Source: Bacillus subtilis subsp. subtilis str. 168 (GTDB lineage Bacteria > Bacillota > Bacilli > Bacillales > Bacillaceae). Taken from it: a stretch of 64,000 nucleotides of DNA. Shown piece by piece: positions 55,299-64,000 of this stretch. The notes beneath the pieces are model-generated. The model ran no database searches, was not told where the DNA came from, and saw nothing but the letters and a program-made list of their open reading frames with translations. Location of the stretch: the NCBI RefSeq assembly GCF_000009045.1, contig NC_000964.3, positions 1 through 64,000 of the forward strand. Direction: 5' to 3'. The translations under genes and the position numbers were made by a program. The number at the start of each line of letters is the position of its first letter. The stretch's first letter is position 1.

Positions 55299-55672
55299 CA
55301 AAAGCAGTCCACACAAAACATGCCCCAGCGGCAATCGGGCCTTATTCACAAGGGATTATCGTCAACAATATGTTTTACAGCTCAGGCCAAATCCCTTTGA
55401 CTCCTTCAGGCGAAATGGTGAATGGCGATATTAAGGAGCAGACTCATCAAGTATTCAGCAATTTAAAGGCGGTTCTGGAAGAAGCGGGTGCTTCTTTTGA
55501 AACAGTTGTAAAAGCAACTGTATTTATCGCGGATATGGAACAGTTTGCGGAAGTAAACGAAGTGTACGGACAATATTTTGACACTCACAAACCGGCGAGA
55601 TCTTGTGTTGAAGTCGCGAGACTCCCGAAGGATGCGTTAGTCGAGATCGAAGTTATTGCACTGGTGAAATAA
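55295..55672 (+). CDS. ridA: Enamine/imine deaminase RidA (YabJ)
   Basis: [15 protein letters not shown] and PARSCVEV; ATGA overlap with purR. Confidence 0.97.
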
Positions 55673-55676
55673 TAAG

Positions 55677-55711
55677 AAAAGTGATTCTGGGAGAGCCGGG
55701 ATCACTTTTTT
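55677..55711 (+). terminator. Terminator after ridA
   Basis: AAAAGTGATTCTGG-gagag-CCGGGATCACTTTT. Confidence 0.85.
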
Positions 55712-55765
55712 ATTTACCTTATGCCCGAAATGAAAGCTTTATGACCTAATTGTGTAACTATATCC

Positions 55766-55821
55766 TATTTTTTCAAAAAATATTTTAAAAACGAGCAGGA
55801 TTTCAGAAAAAATCGTGGAAT
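55766..55821 (+). promoter_or_regulatory. sigmaH promoter of spoVG with AT-rich upstream element
   Basis: GCAGGATTT (55795-55803)...GAAT (55818-55821), preceded by an A/T tract (known AbrB target region). Confidence 0.88.
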
Positions 55822-55865
55822 TGATACACTAATGCTTTTATATAGGGAAAAGGTGGTGAACTACT

Positions 55866-56159
55866 GTGGAAGTTACTGACGTAAGATTACGCCGCGTGAA
55901 TACCGATGGTCGCATGAGAGCGATTGCATCCATCACGCTGGATCACGAATTTGTTGTACATGATATTCGTGTGATTGATGGAAACAATGGTCTTTTCGTT
56001 GCGATGCCGAGTAAACGCACCCCTGATGGAGAGTTCCGCGATATTACTCATCCTATTAATTCAAGCACGCGAGGAAAGATTCAAGATGCCGTGTTAAATG
56101 AGTATCATCGTCTGGGTGACACTGAAGCATTAGAATTCGAAGAAGCTGGAGCTTCTTAA
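55866..56159 (+). CDS. spoVG: SpoVG RNA-binding regulator
   Basis: GTG start; [15 protein letters not shown] and HPINS. Confidence 0.98.
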   Translation: MEVTDVRLRRVNTDGRMRAIASITLDHEFVVHDIRVIDGNNGLFVAMPSKRTPDGEFRDITHPINSSTRGKIQDAVLNEYHRLGDTEALEFEEAGAS

Positions 56160-56175
56160 AAAATAACCAAAAAGC

Positions 56176-56225
56176 AAGGACTGCTGAAAGGGCTGACATA
56201 AGCCTTTTGCCGGCGGTCCTTTTTT
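56176..56225 (+). terminator. Terminator after spoVG
   Basis: AAGGACTGCTG...CGGCGGTCCTT-TTTT with an inner hairpin. Confidence 0.75.
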
Positions 56226-56287
56226 AATTCTGATTTTTCAAACTTAGTTGCACTCAATAGAAAATTCTTGCACTTCATGAAGTCTCC

Positions 56288-56316
56288 TTGAAATCAGAAG
56301 ATATTTAGGATATATT
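56288..56316 (+). promoter_or_regulatory. sigmaA (tms) promoter of glmU-prs-ctc
   Basis: TTGAAA-17-TATATT. Confidence 0.8.
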
Positions 56317-56351
56317 TTTCTATGGATAAAAGGGATATTGGAGGCCAATAA

Positions 56352-57722
56352 ATGGATAAGCGGTTTGCAGTTGTTTTAGCGGCTGGACAAGGAACGAGAA
56401 TGAAATCGAAGCTTTATAAAGTCCTTCATCCAGTTTGCGGTAAGCCTATGGTAGAGCACGTCGTGGACGAAGCCTTAAAATTATCTTTATCAAAGCTTGT
56501 CACGATTGTCGGACATGGTGCGGAAGAAGTGAAAAAGCAGCTTGGTGATAAAAGCGAGTACGCGCTTCAAGCAAAACAGCTTGGCACTGCTCATGCTGTA
56601 AAACAGGCACAGCCATTTCTTGCTGACGAAAAAGGCGTCACAATTGTCATTTGCGGAGATACGCCGCTTTTGACAGCAGAGACGATGGAACAGATGCTGA
56701 AAGAACATACACAAAGAGAAGCGAAAGCTACGATTTTAACTGCGGTTGCAGAAGATCCAACTGGATACGGCCGCATTATTCGCAGCGAAAACGGAGCGGT
56801 TCAAAAAATAGTTGAGCATAAGGACGCCTCTGAAGAAGAACGTCTTGTAACTGAGATCAACACCGGTACGTATTGTTTTGACAATGAAGCGCTATTTCGG
56901 GCTATTGATCAGGTGTCTAATGATAATGCACAAGGCGAGTATTATTTGCCGGATGTCATAGAGATTCTTAAAAATGAAGGCGAAACTGTTGCCGCTTACC
57001 AGACTGGTAATTTCCAAGAAACGCTCGGAGTTAATGATAGAGTTGCTCTTTCTCAGGCAGAACAATTTATGAAAGAGCGCATTAATAAACGGCATATGCA
57101 AAATGGCGTGACGTTGATTGACCCGATGAATACGTATATTTCTCCTGACGCTGTTATCGGAAGCGATACTGTGATTTACCCTGGAACTGTGATTAAAGGT
57201 GAGGTGCAAATCGGAGAAGATACGATTATTGGCCCTCATACGGAGATTATGAATAGTGCCATTGGCAGCCGTACGGTTATTAAACAATCGGTAGTCAATC
57301 ACAGTAAAGTGGGGAATGATGTAAACATAGGACCTTTTGCTCACATCAGACCTGATTCTGTCATCGGGAATGAAGTGAAGATCGGGAATTTTGTAGAAAT
57401 TAAAAAGACTCAATTCGGAGACCGAAGCAAGGCATCTCATCTAAGCTATGTCGGCGATGCTGAGGTAGGCACTGATGTAAACCTGGGCTGCGGTTCAATT
57501 ACTGTCAATTATGATGGAAAGAATAAGTATTTGACAAAAATTGAAGATGGCGCGTTTATCGGCTGCAATTCCAACTTGGTTGCCCCTGTCACAGTCGGAG
57601 AAGGCGCTTATGTGGCGGCAGGTTCAACTGTTACGGAAGATGTACCTGGAAAAGCACTTGCTATTGCCAGAGCGAGACAAGTAAATAAAGACGATTATGT
57701 GAAAAATATTCATAAAAAATAA
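56352..57722 (+). CDS. glmU: Bifunctional GlmU (GcaD)
   Basis: [18 protein letters not shown] and hexapeptide LbH repeats. Confidence 0.99.
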   Translation: MDKRFAVVLAAGQGTRMKSKLYKVLHPVCGKPMVEHVVDEALKLSLSKLVTIVGHGAEEVKKQLGDKSEYALQAKQLGTAHAVKQAQPFLADEKGVTIVICGDTPLLTAETMEQMLKEHTQREAKATILTAVAEDPTGYGRIIRSENGAVQKIVEHKDASEEERLVTEINTGTYCFDNEALFRAIDQVSNDNAQGEYYLPDVIEILKNEGETVAAYQTGNFQETLGVNDRVALSQAEQFMKERINKRHMQNGVTLIDPMNTYISPDAVIGSDTVIYPGTVIKGEVQIGEDTIIGPHTEIMNSAIGSRTVIKQSVVNHSKVGNDVNIGPFAHIRPDSVIGNEVKIGNFVEIKKTQFGDRSKASHLSYVGDAEVGTDVNLGCGSITVNYDGKNKYLTKIEDGAFIGCNSNLVAPVTVGEGAYVAAGSTVTEDVPGKALAIARARQVNKDDYVKNIHKK

Positions 57723-57744
57723 TCCTAAATTCGGAGGTTTATCC

Positions 57745-58698
57745 ATGTCTAATCAATACGGAGATAAGAATTTAAAGATTTTTTCTTTGAATTCGAATCC
57801 AGAGCTTGCAAAAGAAATCGCAGATATAGTTGGAGTTCAATTAGGGAAATGTTCTGTCACAAGATTTAGTGACGGGGAAGTCCAAATTAATATCGAAGAA
57901 AGTATTCGCGGATGTGATTGTTACATCATCCAGTCTACAAGTGACCCCGTTAACGAGCATATTATGGAACTGCTGATTATGGTAGATGCGTTAAAACGCG
58001 CTTCTGCAAAAACGATTAACATTGTTATTCCTTATTACGGTTATGCGCGTCAAGACAGAAAAGCAAGATCCCGTGAGCCAATCACAGCTAAACTTTTCGC
58101 TAACCTGCTTGAAACAGCCGGTGCGACTCGTGTGATTGCACTTGACCTGCATGCGCCGCAAATTCAAGGATTCTTTGATATACCGATTGACCACTTAATG
58201 GGTGTTCCGATTTTAGGAGAATATTTTGAAGGCAAAAATCTTGAAGATATCGTCATTGTTTCACCAGACCATGGCGGTGTGACACGTGCCCGCAAACTGG
58301 CTGACCGACTAAAAGCGCCAATTGCGATTATCGATAAACGCCGTCCGCGTCCAAACGTGGCGGAAGTCATGAATATTGTAGGTAACATCGAAGGGAAGAC
58401 TGCTATCCTCATCGATGACATTATTGATACTGCAGGTACGATTACACTTGCTGCTAATGCGCTCGTTGAAAACGGAGCGAAAGAAGTATATGCATGCTGT
58501 ACACACCCTGTACTATCAGGCCCTGCGGTTGAACGGATTAATAATTCAACAATTAAAGAGCTTGTTGTGACAAACAGCATCAAGCTTCCTGAAGAAAAGA
58601 AAATTGAACGCTTTAAGCAGCTTTCAGTCGGACCGCTTCTGGCCGAAGCGATTATTCGCGTTCATGAGCAGCAATCAGTCAGCTATCTGTTCAGCTAA
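57745..58698 (+). CDS. prs: Ribose-phosphate pyrophosphokinase
   Basis: [25 protein letters not shown] and [11 protein letters not shown]. Confidence 0.99.
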
Positions 58699-58711
58699 AC
58701 CATTTTTCGAG

Positions 58712-58737
58712 GTTTAAATCCTTATCGTTATGGGTAT
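58712..58737 (+). promoter_or_regulatory. sigmaB promoter of ctc
   Basis: GTTTAA-14-GGGTAT. Confidence 0.92.
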
Positions 58738-58782
58738 TGTTTGTAATAGGACAACTAAAACGACAAGAGGATGGTGCTGAAT

Positions 58783-59397
58783 ATGGCAACTTTAACGGCA
58801 AAAGAAAGAACGGACTTTACTCGTTCGTCTCTTCGGAATATCCGTACTTCAGGACATGTTCCAGGTATCATATATGGGAAGGATACGGGTAACAAACCTG
58901 TGTCATTAGACAGTGTGGAGCTCATCAAAACGCTGAGGGACGAAGGCAAAAATGCAGTCATTACGCTTGAGGTCAGCGGAGAAAAACACTCAGTCATGGT
59001 AACAGACCTGCAGACGGACCCGCTGAAAAATGAAATCACTCATGCTGATTTTCAAGTAGTTAATATGAGTGAGGACATTGAAGTGGAAGTTCCGATTCAT
59101 CTGACCGGAGAAGCCATTGGAGTGAAAAACGGAGGCGTACTGCAGCAGCCGTTATATGCACTTACTGTAAAGGCCAAGCCAAAAGCCATTCCGCAAACGA
59201 TTGAGGCTGATATTTCAAGCCTCGATGTAAATGAAGTACTGACGATTGCGGATTTGCCTGCTGGCGGTGACTACTCCTTTAATCATGAATCAGATGAGGT
59301 TGTGGCTTCAATCCTTCCTCCGCAGCAGCAGGAAGCAGCTGAGGTCGATGAAGAGGAATCTGCCGATGCTCAGCCTGAAGGTGAAAACGAACAATAA
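58783..59397 (+). CDS. ctc: General stress protein Ctc (ribosomal protein bL25)
   Basis: VPGIIYG, HADF and GVKNGG; acidic tail. Confidence 0.97.
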   Translation: MATLTAKERTDFTRSSLRNIRTSGHVPGIIYGKDTGNKPVSLDSVELIKTLRDEGKNAVITLEVSGEKHSVMVTDLQTDPLKNEITHADFQVVNMSEDIEVEVPIHLTGEAIGVKNGGVLQQPLYALTVKAKPKAIPQTIEADISSLDVNEVLTIADLPAGGDYSFNHESDEVVASILPPQQQEAAEVDEEESADAQPEGENEQ

Positions 59398-59406
59398 TAG
59401 CTTAAG

Positions 59407-59434
59407 GCGTAACCCTCCCGCGGTTACGTCTTTT
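59407..59434 (+). terminator. Terminator after ctc
   Basis: GCGTAACC-ctcccgc-GGTTACGT-CTTTT. Confidence 0.75.
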
Positions 59435-59503
59435 GTGCTAGAATGAGAAGAATTATAGCCCGTTTATGAAGACGGGAGTTATGTGACTAAGGGAGGATTC
59501 GCC

Positions 59504-60070
59504 ATGCTTGTGATTGCCGGTCTCGGAAACCCGGGGAAGAACTATGAAAATACACGGCATAATGTCGGATTTATGGTGATAGATCAGCTTGCAAAGGAAT
59601 GGAATATAGAGCTGAATCAAAATAAATTTAACGGATTATACGGAACCGGATTTGTTTCCGGCAAAAAGGTTCTACTTGTTAAACCGCTTACATATATGAA
59701 TTTATCAGGAGAATGTTTGCGGCCTTTAATGGACTACTATGATGTCGATAACGAAGATTTGACAGTCATTTACGACGACCTTGACCTTCCGACTGGCAAG
59801 ATCCGTTTAAGAACGAAAGGAAGCGCCGGAGGGCACAATGGCATCAAATCACTGATCCAGCATCTTGGAACGTCCGAGTTTGACCGTATCCGCATCGGAA
59901 TCGGCCGGCCTGTAAACGGCATGAAGGTCGTTGATTATGTGTTAGGCTCCTTTACCAAGGAGGAGGCACCTGAGATCGAAGAAGCGGTTGATAAATCTGT
60001 GAAGGCTTGTGAGGCTTCTTTGAGTAAACCGTTTTTAGAAGTCATGAACGAATTTAACGCAAAGGTATAA
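59504..60070 (+). CDS. pth: Peptidyl-tRNA hydrolase (SpoVC)
   Basis: [23 protein letters not shown] and GGHNG. Confidence 0.99.
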   Translation: MLVIAGLGNPGKNYENTRHNVGFMVIDQLAKEWNIELNQNKFNGLYGTGFVSGKKVLLVKPLTYMNLSGECLRPLMDYYDVDNEDLTVIYDDLDLPTGKIRLRTKGSAGGHNGIKSLIQHLGTSEFDRIRIGIGRPVNGMKVVDYVLGSFTKEEAPEIEEAVDKSVKACEASLSKPFLEVMNEFNAKV

Positions 60071-60094
60071 AATGTAACAACAAAGTCCATACTA
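60065..60094 (+). promoter_or_regulatory. sigmaF/G-type promoter of fin
   Basis: GTATA-15-GTCCATACTA. Confidence 0.75.
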
Positions 60095-60129
60095 CACCAA
60101 AATGACTTTTTCATCAGGAGGACCCTTGT

Positions 60130-60360
60130 ATGGCTTTGCATTATTATTGTCGTCATTGCGGAGTGAAAGTAGGCAGTCTCGAATCTTCAATGGTATCGAC
60201 AGACTCACTTGGATTTCAGCACTTAACAAATGAGGAAAGAAACGATATGATTTCTTATAAAGAAAATGGAGATGTCCATGTTTTGACGATATGTGAAGAC
60301 TGCCAAGAGGCGCTTGACCGAAATCCGCATTACCACGAATATCACACATTTATTCAATAA
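60130..60360 (+). CDS. fin: Anti-sigmaF factor Fin (YabK)
   Basis: CRHC...CEDC zinc motifs; SD AGGAGG. Confidence 0.93.
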
Positions 60361-60363
60361 AAA

Positions 60364-60396
60364 GCTTTGGTGTAGACACTAGACCAAAGCGTTTTT
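60364..60396 (+). terminator. Terminator after fin
   Basis: GCTTTGGT...ACCAAAGC-g-T5. Confidence 0.7.
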
Positions 60397-60429
60397 CTGT
60401 TCTCGCAGGAAACAGAGAGGAGGGGCCAT

Positions 60430-63400
60430 ATGGACAACATTCAAACCTTTATAAAAGAAAGCGATGACTTTAAATCCATCATCAACGGTTTACACGAGGG
60501 CCTGAAGGAACAGCTGCTCGCGGGTCTGTCGGGTTCCGCGCGTTCTGTTTTTACTTCTGCTCTGGCTAATGAAACGAATAAGCCTATCTTTCTCATCACC
60601 CATAACTTATATCAAGCCCAGAAAGTAACAGATGATCTGACTTCACTTCTAGAGGATCGGTCTGTCCTTTTGTACCCCGTCAATGAACTCATTTCATCAG
60701 AAATCGCAGTTGCAAGCCCTGAATTGCGGGCGCAGCGATTAGATGTCATTAATAGACTAACGAATGGAGAAGCGCCAATTGTCGTTGCTCCGGTAGCTGC
60801 AATCAGAAGAATGCTGCCGCCTGTTGAGGTGTGGAAAAGCAGCCAGATGCTCATTCAAGTAGGCCATGATATTGAACCTGACCAGCTTGCCTCACGGCTG
60901 GTAGAGGTAGGGTATGAGCGGTCTGATATGGTTTCTGCGCCCGGGGAATTCAGTATTCGCGGGGGAATCATTGACATTTATCCGCTGACTTCAGAGAATC
61001 CGGTGAGAATTGAACTTTTTGACACCGAGGTGGATTCAATCCGCAGCTTTAATTCAGATGATCAGCGGTCAATTGAGACCCTTACCTCGATCAATATCGG
61101 TCCCGCGAAGGAATTAATTATCAGACCGGAAGAAAAAGCGCGGGCGATGGAGAAAATCGATAGTGGTCTTGCCGCGAGCTTGAAAAAATTAAAGGCTGAC
61201 AAACAAAAAGAAATACTTCATGCGAATATTTCTCACGATAAAGAACGCTTGTCTGAAGGCCAGACAGATCAGGAGCTCGTGAAGTATCTCTCATATTTCT
61301 ATGAAAAGCCTGCTAGTTTACTAGATTATACACCTGATAATACACTTCTGATTTTGGATGAAGTCAGTCGGATTCATGAGATGGAAGAACAGCTTCAAAA
61401 AGAAGAAGCGGAGTTTATAACAAATCTTCTTGAGGAAGGGAAGATTTTGCATGACATTCGTTTGTCATTCAGCTTCCAAAAAATAGTGGCTGAGCAAAAA
61501 CGGCCTCTGCTGTACTACTCTTTATTTTTGCGGCATGTACACCATACGAGCCCGCAAAATATCGTCAATGTGTCAGGCCGGCAAATGCAGAGTTTCCATG
61601 GCCAAATGAACGTGCTTGCGGGCGAAATGGAGCGTTTTAAAAAATCAAATTTCACTGTTGTGTTCTTAGGAGCAAACAAGGAACGTACGCAGAAATTGTC
61701 ATCTGTTTTGGCTGATTATGATATCGAGGCCGCCATGACAGACAGCAAAAAAGCGCTTGTTCAGGGACAGGTCTATATCATGGAAGGCGAGCTCCAATCG
61801 GGATTTGAGCTGCCGTTAATGAAGCTTGCCGTTATCACGGAAGAAGAACTGTTCAAAAACCGTGTAAAGAAGAAGCCGCGAAAACAGAAGCTTACCAATG
61901 CAGAGCGCATCAAAAGCTATTCTGAGCTTCAAATTGGAGATTATGTCGTTCATATTAATCACGGGATCGGAAAATACCTGGGGATTGAAACTCTTGAAAT
62001 CAACGGCATTCATAAAGACTATTTAAATATACATTATCAGGGCAGTGACAAGCTTTACGTCCCTGTAGAACAAATTGATCAGGTCCAAAAATATGTTGGC
62101 TCCGAAGGAAAAGAGCCAAAGCTGTATAAATTAGGCGGAAGTGAATGGAAGCGGGTCAAGAAAAAAGTAGAGACATCCGTTCAGGATATTGCTGATGACT
62201 TAATTAAGCTGTATGCCGAAAGAGAAGCGAGCAAGGGCTATGCGTTTTCTCCTGACCATGAGATGCAGCGTGAATTCGAATCGGCTTTCCCTTATCAAGA
62301 GACTGAGGATCAGCTCCGTTCTATTCACGAAATCAAAAAAGACATGGAAAGAGAACGTCCGATGGACCGCTTGCTGTGCGGAGATGTGGGCTACGGTAAA
62401 ACAGAGGTTGCCATACGTGCCGCGTTTAAGGCGATCGGTGACGGAAAGCAGGTAGCTCTGCTCGTTCCGACAACCATTTTGGCACAGCAGCACTATGAAA
62501 CCATAAAAGAGCGCTTCCAGGACTATCCGATTAATATCGGCCTTCTCAGCAGGTTCAGAACGAGAAAAGAAGCAAACGAAACAATCAAAGGGCTGAAAAA
62601 TGGAACGGTTGATATCGTCATCGGGACGCATCGGCTGCTATCAAAGGATGTCGTGTATAAAGACTTAGGGCTCCTCATCATTGATGAAGAGCAGCGTTTC
62701 GGTGTAACCCATAAAGAAAAGATCAAGCAAATAAAAGCCAATGTTGATGTATTAACGTTAACAGCAACGCCGATTCCGCGTACGCTGCATATGTCTATGC
62801 TTGGCGTAAGGGACCTTTCAGTCATCGAGACTCCGCCGGAAAATCGCTTCCCCGTACAGACGTATGTTGTGGAATATAACGGCGCTCTTGTCAGAGAGGC
62901 GATTGAACGTGAGCTTGCACGCGGAGGCCAGGTCTATTTCTTGTACAACCGGGTAGAGGACATTGAGCGGAAAGCGGATGAAATTTCAATGCTAGTCCCT
63001 GACGCGAAGGTAGCATATGCGCATGGGAAAATGACAGAAAATGAATTAGAAACCGTTATGCTAAGCTTCCTTGAAGGAGAATCAGACGTTCTCGTCAGCA
63101 CAACCATTATCGAAACTGGCGTGGACATCCCAAACGTCAATACGCTGATCGTATTTGACGCCGACAAGATGGGACTTTCTCAGCTTTACCAGCTGCGGGG
63201 GCGTGTCGGCCGTTCTAACCGTGTGGCGTATGCGTACTTCACGTATCGCCGGGATAAAGTGCTGACAGAAGTGGCTGAAAAAAGGCTGCAGGCTATTAAA
63301 GAATTCACAGAGTTAGGTTCCGGTTTTAAAATCGCAATGCGTGACTTAACGATTCGCGGAGCCGGGAATCTTCTTGGTGCCCAGCAGCATGGCTTCATCG

Positions 63401-63963
63401 ATTCGGTCGGATTTGACCTCTATTCACAAATGCTGAAGGAGGCCATTGAGGAGCGTAAAGGAGACACAGCGAAGACAGAGCAGTTTGAAACAGAAATTGA
63501 TGTCGAGCTTGATGCGTATATTCCGGAAACTTATATTCAAGACGGCAAACAGAAAATTGATATGTATAAACGCTTCAGGTCTGTGGCGACAATCGAAGAG
63601 AAGAATGAGCTTCAAGATGAAATGATCGACCGCTTTGGAAACTATCCAAAAGAAGTCGAATACTTGTTTACTGTTGCAGAAATGAAAGTCTATGCGAGAC
63701 AGGAACGTGTCGAGCTGATTAAGCAGGATAAAGATGCTGTCAGATTGACGATTTCTGAAGAAGCAAGTGCTGAAATTGACGGGCAGAAGCTGTTTGAGCT
63801 TGGCAATCAATATGGCAGACAAATCGGACTGGGAATGGAAGGGAAAAAACTCAAAATCTCCATACAGACGAAAGGCCGTAGTGCTGATGAATGGCTCGAC
63901 ACCGTGCTGGGCATGCTGAAGGGCTTAAAAGATGTGAAAAAGCAAACCATTTCATCAACGTAA
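60430..63963 (+). CDS. mfd: Transcription-repair coupling factor Mfd
   Basis: UvrB-homology N-terminus, RID, GDVGYGKT, DEEQRFG, TRG motif QLRGRVGR and RGAGNLLG. Confidence 0.99.
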   Translation: MDNIQTFIKESDDFKSIINGLHEGLKEQLLAGLSGSARSVFTSALANETNKPIFLITHNLYQAQKVTDDLTSLLEDRSVLLYPVNELISSEIAVASPELRAQRLDVINRLTNGEAPIVVAPVAAIRRMLPPVEVWKSSQMLIQVGHDIEPDQLASRLVEVGYERSDMVSAPGEFSIRGGIIDIYPLTSENPVRIELFDTEVDSIRSFNSDDQRSIETLTSINIGPAKELIIRPEEKARAMEKIDSGLAASLKKLKADKQKEILHANISHDKERLSEGQTDQELVKYLSYFYEKPASLLDYTPDNTLLILDEVSRIHEMEEQLQKEEAEFITNLLEEGKILHDIRLSFSFQKIVAEQKRPLLYYSLFLRHVHHTSPQNIVNVSGRQMQSFHGQMNVLAGEMERFKKSNFTVVFLGANKERTQKLSSVLADYDIEAAMTDSKKALVQGQVYIMEGELQSGFELPLMKLAVITEEELFKNRVKKKPRKQKLTNAERIKSYSELQIGDYVVHINHGIGKYLGIETLEINGIHKDYLNIHYQGSDKLYVPVEQIDQVQKYVGSEGKEPKLYKLGGSEWKRVKKKVETSVQDIADDLIKLYAEREASKGYAFSPDHEMQREFESAFPYQETEDQLRSIHEIKKDMERERPMDRLLCGDVGYGKTEVAIRAAFKAIGDGKQVALLVPTTILAQQHYETIKERFQDYPINIGLLSRFRTRKEANETIKGLKNGTVDIVIGTHRLLSKDVVYKDLGLLIIDEEQRFGVTHKEKIKQIKANVDVLTLTATPIPRTLHMSMLGVRDLSVIETPPENRFPVQTYVVEYNGALVREAIERELARGGQVYFLYNRVEDIERKADEISMLVPDAKVAYAHGKMTENELETVMLSFLEGESDVLVSTTIIETGVDIPNVNTLIVFDADKMGLSQLYQLRGRVGRSNRVAYAYFTYRRDKVLTEVAEKRLQAIKEFTELGSGFKIAMRDLTIRGAGNLLGAQQHGFIDSVGFDLYSQMLKEAIEERKGDTAKTEQFETEIDVELDAYIPETYIQDGKQKIDMYKRFRSVATIEEKNELQDEMIDRFGNYPKEVEYLFTVAEMKVYARQERVELIKQDKDAVRLTISEEASAEIDGQKLFELGNQYGRQIGLGMEGKKLKISIQTKGRSADEWLDTVLGMLKGLKDVKKQTISST

Positions 63964-64000
63964 ATTTTGTTACTCTCTGGTGTATATTACATTTGATGTG

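Overview
This window looks like the first 64 kb of a Bacillus subtilis chromosome. Gene order and proteins match what I recall for strain 168, but I could not run an alignment. It is core, replication-co-oriented, oriC-proximal sequence. It holds the bipartite oriC around dnaA, dnaN-rlbA-recF-remB-gyrB-gyrA, rrnO, guaB-dacA-pdxST-serS (T-box), tRNA-Ser, dck/dgk, yaaH/yaaI, tadA, SRP scRNA and dnaX-yaaK-recR-yaaL-bofA. It continues with rrnA, csfB, xpaC-yaaN, the yaaO-tmk-darA-holB-ricT-yabA-yabB-yazA-rsmI cluster, abrB, metS with a parS site, yabD, yabE, rnmV-ksgA, yabG, veg, sspF, ispE-purR-ridA, spoVG, glmU-prs-ctc, pth, fin and mfd. I saw no prophage, IS, CRISPR array, intron/intein or defence island, and no new multi-gene system that I can support. 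The best second-look observations are small-scale. (1) yaaH and yabE share an identical 17-nt ribosome-binding cassette (AAGGAGGCGTTTTTCAT) that places a non-canonical in-frame ATT/ATC at ideal SD spacing. (2) The operon-specific inserts in the rrnO leader and the rrnA 23S-5S spacer share a twin-hairpin AGGAT-pentaloop architecture in opposite orientations. (3) rrnA 23S carries G2535A (E. coli numbering), an orthosomycin-site variant. (4) The metS leader contains a T-box-like terminator without a T-box. (5) The parS site is nested in the metS terminator.
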